DNA from: Pseudonocardiaceae bacterium
Lineage (GTDB): Bacteria > Actinomycetota > Actinomycetes > Mycobacteriales > Pseudonocardiaceae
Assembly: GCA_049673305.1 (NCBI GenBank)
Contig: JBATXM010000277.1
Coordinates: 1 to 28,050, forward strand
Length of the DNA: 28,050 nucleotides
Direction of reading: 5' to 3'
Positions 26,222 to 28,050 of this stretch are shown here, piece after piece. Position numbers and translations under genes: made by a program. Numbering within the stretch: the stretch's first letter is position 1; each line of letters begins with the position of its first letter. The notes below the pieces were generated by a model. It ran no database searches. It had not been told where the DNA came from and saw only the letters and a program-made list of their open reading frames with translations.

Positions 26222-26909
26222 CCGTCTTCTCCTTCGTCACGTAACGGTGCAGGCTGATCCGAGCCGGAATGATGACCTTCCCACCGTCGATCTCCGCGTA
26301 GCCGTCCTGCACCACCTCGGCAACCGTGCCGTCCCGCTCAGGGTCGTCGATGTCCACGACTGCGGCCACCTGCTGGCGGCTCGGCGCGAAGACGCCACCC
26401 ACCTCCCGGGGCGCAGCGATGACGCCGCACCGCTCCAGCGCCTCCGCCACCGTCGCGGCGAACGACTCGAGCAGGGTCGCGACCTGCGGGCCGGTCATCT
26501 CGGCGGGGACCGTCCCGGCTTGGCGCAGCAGGCTGTTGCGCAGCCGGCACAGATCGGTGATGACCGGCCGCAGCTGGCCAGCCCGCTCGATCGACTTGAG
26601 GCGTTGGATCTCCTCATGCTGACGGTCGATCACCCGCTCTCTGGCCAGCGCCCGGTCACTCTCCCCGGCAAGCCGTTGCGCCACCTCGGCGAGGGCGGCC
26701 TCCAGCGCGGCGAGCCGCAGGTCAAGCTCGGCAGGCAGCTGCGGCGGGTCCGCTTGCAGAACGGCGACCGGCTCGCCCGCACCGTTGCTGTTGGTGTGGC
26801 TGTTCTCGTCGTGGTTGTTCTCATCGGTGCGCGTCAGCAACTCCACCGATTGTGCCTGGTCAAGCCGCAGCCCGGCAGCCGCGCCGTCAGGGCCGTCCTG
26901 CGGAAGCAT
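26214..26909 (-). CDS. GrpE-like nucleotide exchange factor
   Basis: Coiled-coil LAALEAALAEVAQRLAGESDRALARERVIDRQHEEIQRLK, then a C-terminal beta-domain GTVAEVVQDGYAEIDGGKVIIPARISLHRYV. Co-translated with the Hsp70 gene. Confidence 0.65.
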   Translation of the reverse strand: MLPQDGPDGAAAGLRLDQAQSVELLTRTDENNHDENSHTNSNGAGEPVAVLQADPPQLPAELDLRLAALEAALAEVAQRLAGESDRALARERVIDRQHEEIQRLKSIERAGQLRPVITDLCRLRNSLLRQAGTVPAEMTGPQVATLLESFAATVAEALERCGVIAAPREVGGVFAPSRQQVAAVVDIDDPERDGTVAEVVQDGYAEIDGGKVIIPARISLHRYVTKEKTDD

Positions 26910-27065
26910 GTCGTCAATCTCTGCAATCGGTTGTCGGGGCGGAACTCCGGGACCAAGGCCACAAACCCTCCAGATGGATGATACTGAACGAGGGGGCGGC
27001 CCGATCTTAGGTGCTCTGAGTGCGCCGAGTTCGACAGCAGAGCTGATCAGGGACCGGGACTCGAG

Positions 27066-27953
27066 TTAGCAGAGGGTGGTCAGGAGGGTGGTGCTGCGTC
27101 GGCGTAGGCGTGCTGAGCCTACTTGCGTCGCGAGTTGGGTGGCATGGTTGGCGTGGGTGCGGGCAACGTCGCGGTCGCCGTTGGTGGCGAGAGCGGTTGC
27201 GAGGTCGATGTGGGTGCGGGCTTGCGCGCCGACAGCCGAGGGGTCGAGCTGGTTGAGGGCATCGGTGAGGACCGCGGTGGCATCAGGCTCGCCAAATTGA
27301 GCGAGGACGTGGCCGCTCCAGCGGGCGAGGTGCAGCGGGGTGAACCCGCAGTAAGGGCGTTCGTCGGTCGGGTCGCTGGGCAGGAGGTCGGCGGCTCGGT
27401 CGAAGGCACGCAGGCTGGCGGCGTGGTCGCCGTGGGCAGCGAGGGCTTCGTCGAGGAGGTCTACCGCGTCGCCGGTCGCTCCCGCGTCGATGAGCACGAA
27501 TGCCTGTTCTCCCACCGCGTGTGAGTCGTGCGGGATGGAGTTGGATTGGGCGGCGGCTGATCGGGCACGTTCGTGATGCTGCCACGATGTCTTCGCCTCG
27601 CCGAGGTCGCGTGCTTGCCATCCGGCGAGGGTGTGCATCTCGGAGAGCAGGGCGGCGAGCGCCTCCCGGGTTCCCGGTGCGAGGCTGTACGCGGTGAGCT
27701 CCTGGACTTGACGGATCTTGGTGTTGAGCTCGTCGTGGACGACGACCGCGCCCAGCTGCCGGTCCAGTCGGCAGAGCACGTCGAGTTGCTGATGAAGTAG
27801 GTTGCTGACGTTGCCCTTGTGACATCCGCTCGGCCGGTGGTTGCCGTTGCTGCGAGGTGGCGGATGAGGGCAATGGCATGAAGTGAGGGGCGGGAAACCT
27901 AGCAGGTATGTGGTGATGGCCACCTGCTTGACGCTGTGGGTGCCGCCGCGCAC
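27066..27953 (-). CDS. TPR-like protein resembling the C-terminal region of actinobacterial XRE-family regulators; N-terminus degenerate or uncertain
   Basis: LCRLDRQLGAVVVHDEL...LSEMHTLAGWQARDLGEAKTSW...AFVLIDAGATGDAVDLLDEALAAH matches the TPR-like portion of such regulators. The first ~50 codons are low-complexity. No HTH is encoded in any frame up to the window end. Confidence 0.4.
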   Translation of the reverse strand: MRGGTHSVKQVAITTYLLGFPPLTSCHCPHPPPRSNGNHRPSGCHKGNVSNLLHQQLDVLCRLDRQLGAVVVHDELNTKIRQVQELTAYSLAPGTREALAALLSEMHTLAGWQARDLGEAKTSWQHHERARSAAAQSNSIPHDSHAVGEQAFVLIDAGATGDAVDLLDEALAAHGDHAASLRAFDRAADLLPSDPTDERPYCGFTPLHLARWSGHVLAQFGEPDATAVLTDALNQLDPSAVGAQARTHIDLATALATNGDRDVARTHANHATQLATQVGSARLRRRSTTLLTTLC

Positions 27954-28021
27954 TCAGTCGATCACAGGCGACTGTGGCCGGTCGACGACACTACACCCTC
28001 CTCGTGATCGTTGTTTGGGAA

Positions 28022-28050
28022 GATTTAGCCGCGCTCAGCGCGGCTAAATC
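28022..28050. terminator. Perfect 13-bp inverted repeat with 3-nt loop (gatttagccgcgc-tca-gcgcggctaaatc) at the window edge
   Basis: Read directly from the sequence. Downstream context (e.g. a T-tract) lies outside the window, so terminator versus operator versus TIR cannot be decided. Confidence 0.25.

Noticed and set aside
24554-26909. Canonical dnaK-grpE heat-shock operon.
   Set aside because: Gene order reversed, no dnaJ or hspR, Hsp70 truncated, embedded in an operon with GTPases and giant proteins.
1-28050. CRISPR arrays, tRNA/rRNA genes, IS transposases.
   Set aside because: No regularly spaced short repeats, no cloverleaf-compatible conserved tRNA ends, no DDE/transposase-like ORFs recognised.

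Overview
High-GC (actinomycete-type) chromosomal window, densely coding, with no rRNA, tRNA or CRISPR detected. Main content in order:
(1) An SNF2-family helicase with a translationally coupled Zn-ribbon partner gene, flanked by two type II toxin-antitoxin pairs (HigB/HigA-like upstream, Phd/VapC downstream).
(2) A minus-strand cluster of PPK2 polyphosphate kinase, a mycoredoxin-like CxxC protein, an NfeD-like protein and a flotillin/SPFH protein, plus a small downstream ORF broken at a C5 homopolymer.
(3) A 1440-aa CtpH/CtpI-like P-type ATPase. Its ~590-aa N-terminal extension looks like a degenerate, catalytically dead partial duplicate of the ATPase module.
(4) An accessory-looking region holding two diverged copies of a module. 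Each copy begins with a ~180-bp element that is highly conserved between copies and carries a ~65-nt extended hairpin. Copy 1 includes a low-GC insert, a PhoU paralog, a standalone OmpR-type winged-helix protein and an Xis/MerR-like HTH gene. Copy 2 retains only a 90-bp fragment of the winged-helix gene.
(5) Most notable: a tightly coupled ~10.5-kb minus-strand operon (16405-26909). It encodes a GrpE-like protein, a lid-less non-canonical Hsp70, a large protein with a helical N-domain and FN3-like repeats, a double-Zn-ribbon P-loop GTPase, a large protein with N-terminal GFGSLYYTDC motif, a membrane-anchored double-Zn-ribbon GTPase, and a 46-aa hydrophobic peptide. The architecture is that of an uncharacterised NTPase-centred signalling or conflict system, not a housekeeping dnaK operon.
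(6) An N-terminally degenerate XRE/TPR-like regulator gene and a perfect 13-bp palindrome at the window edge.
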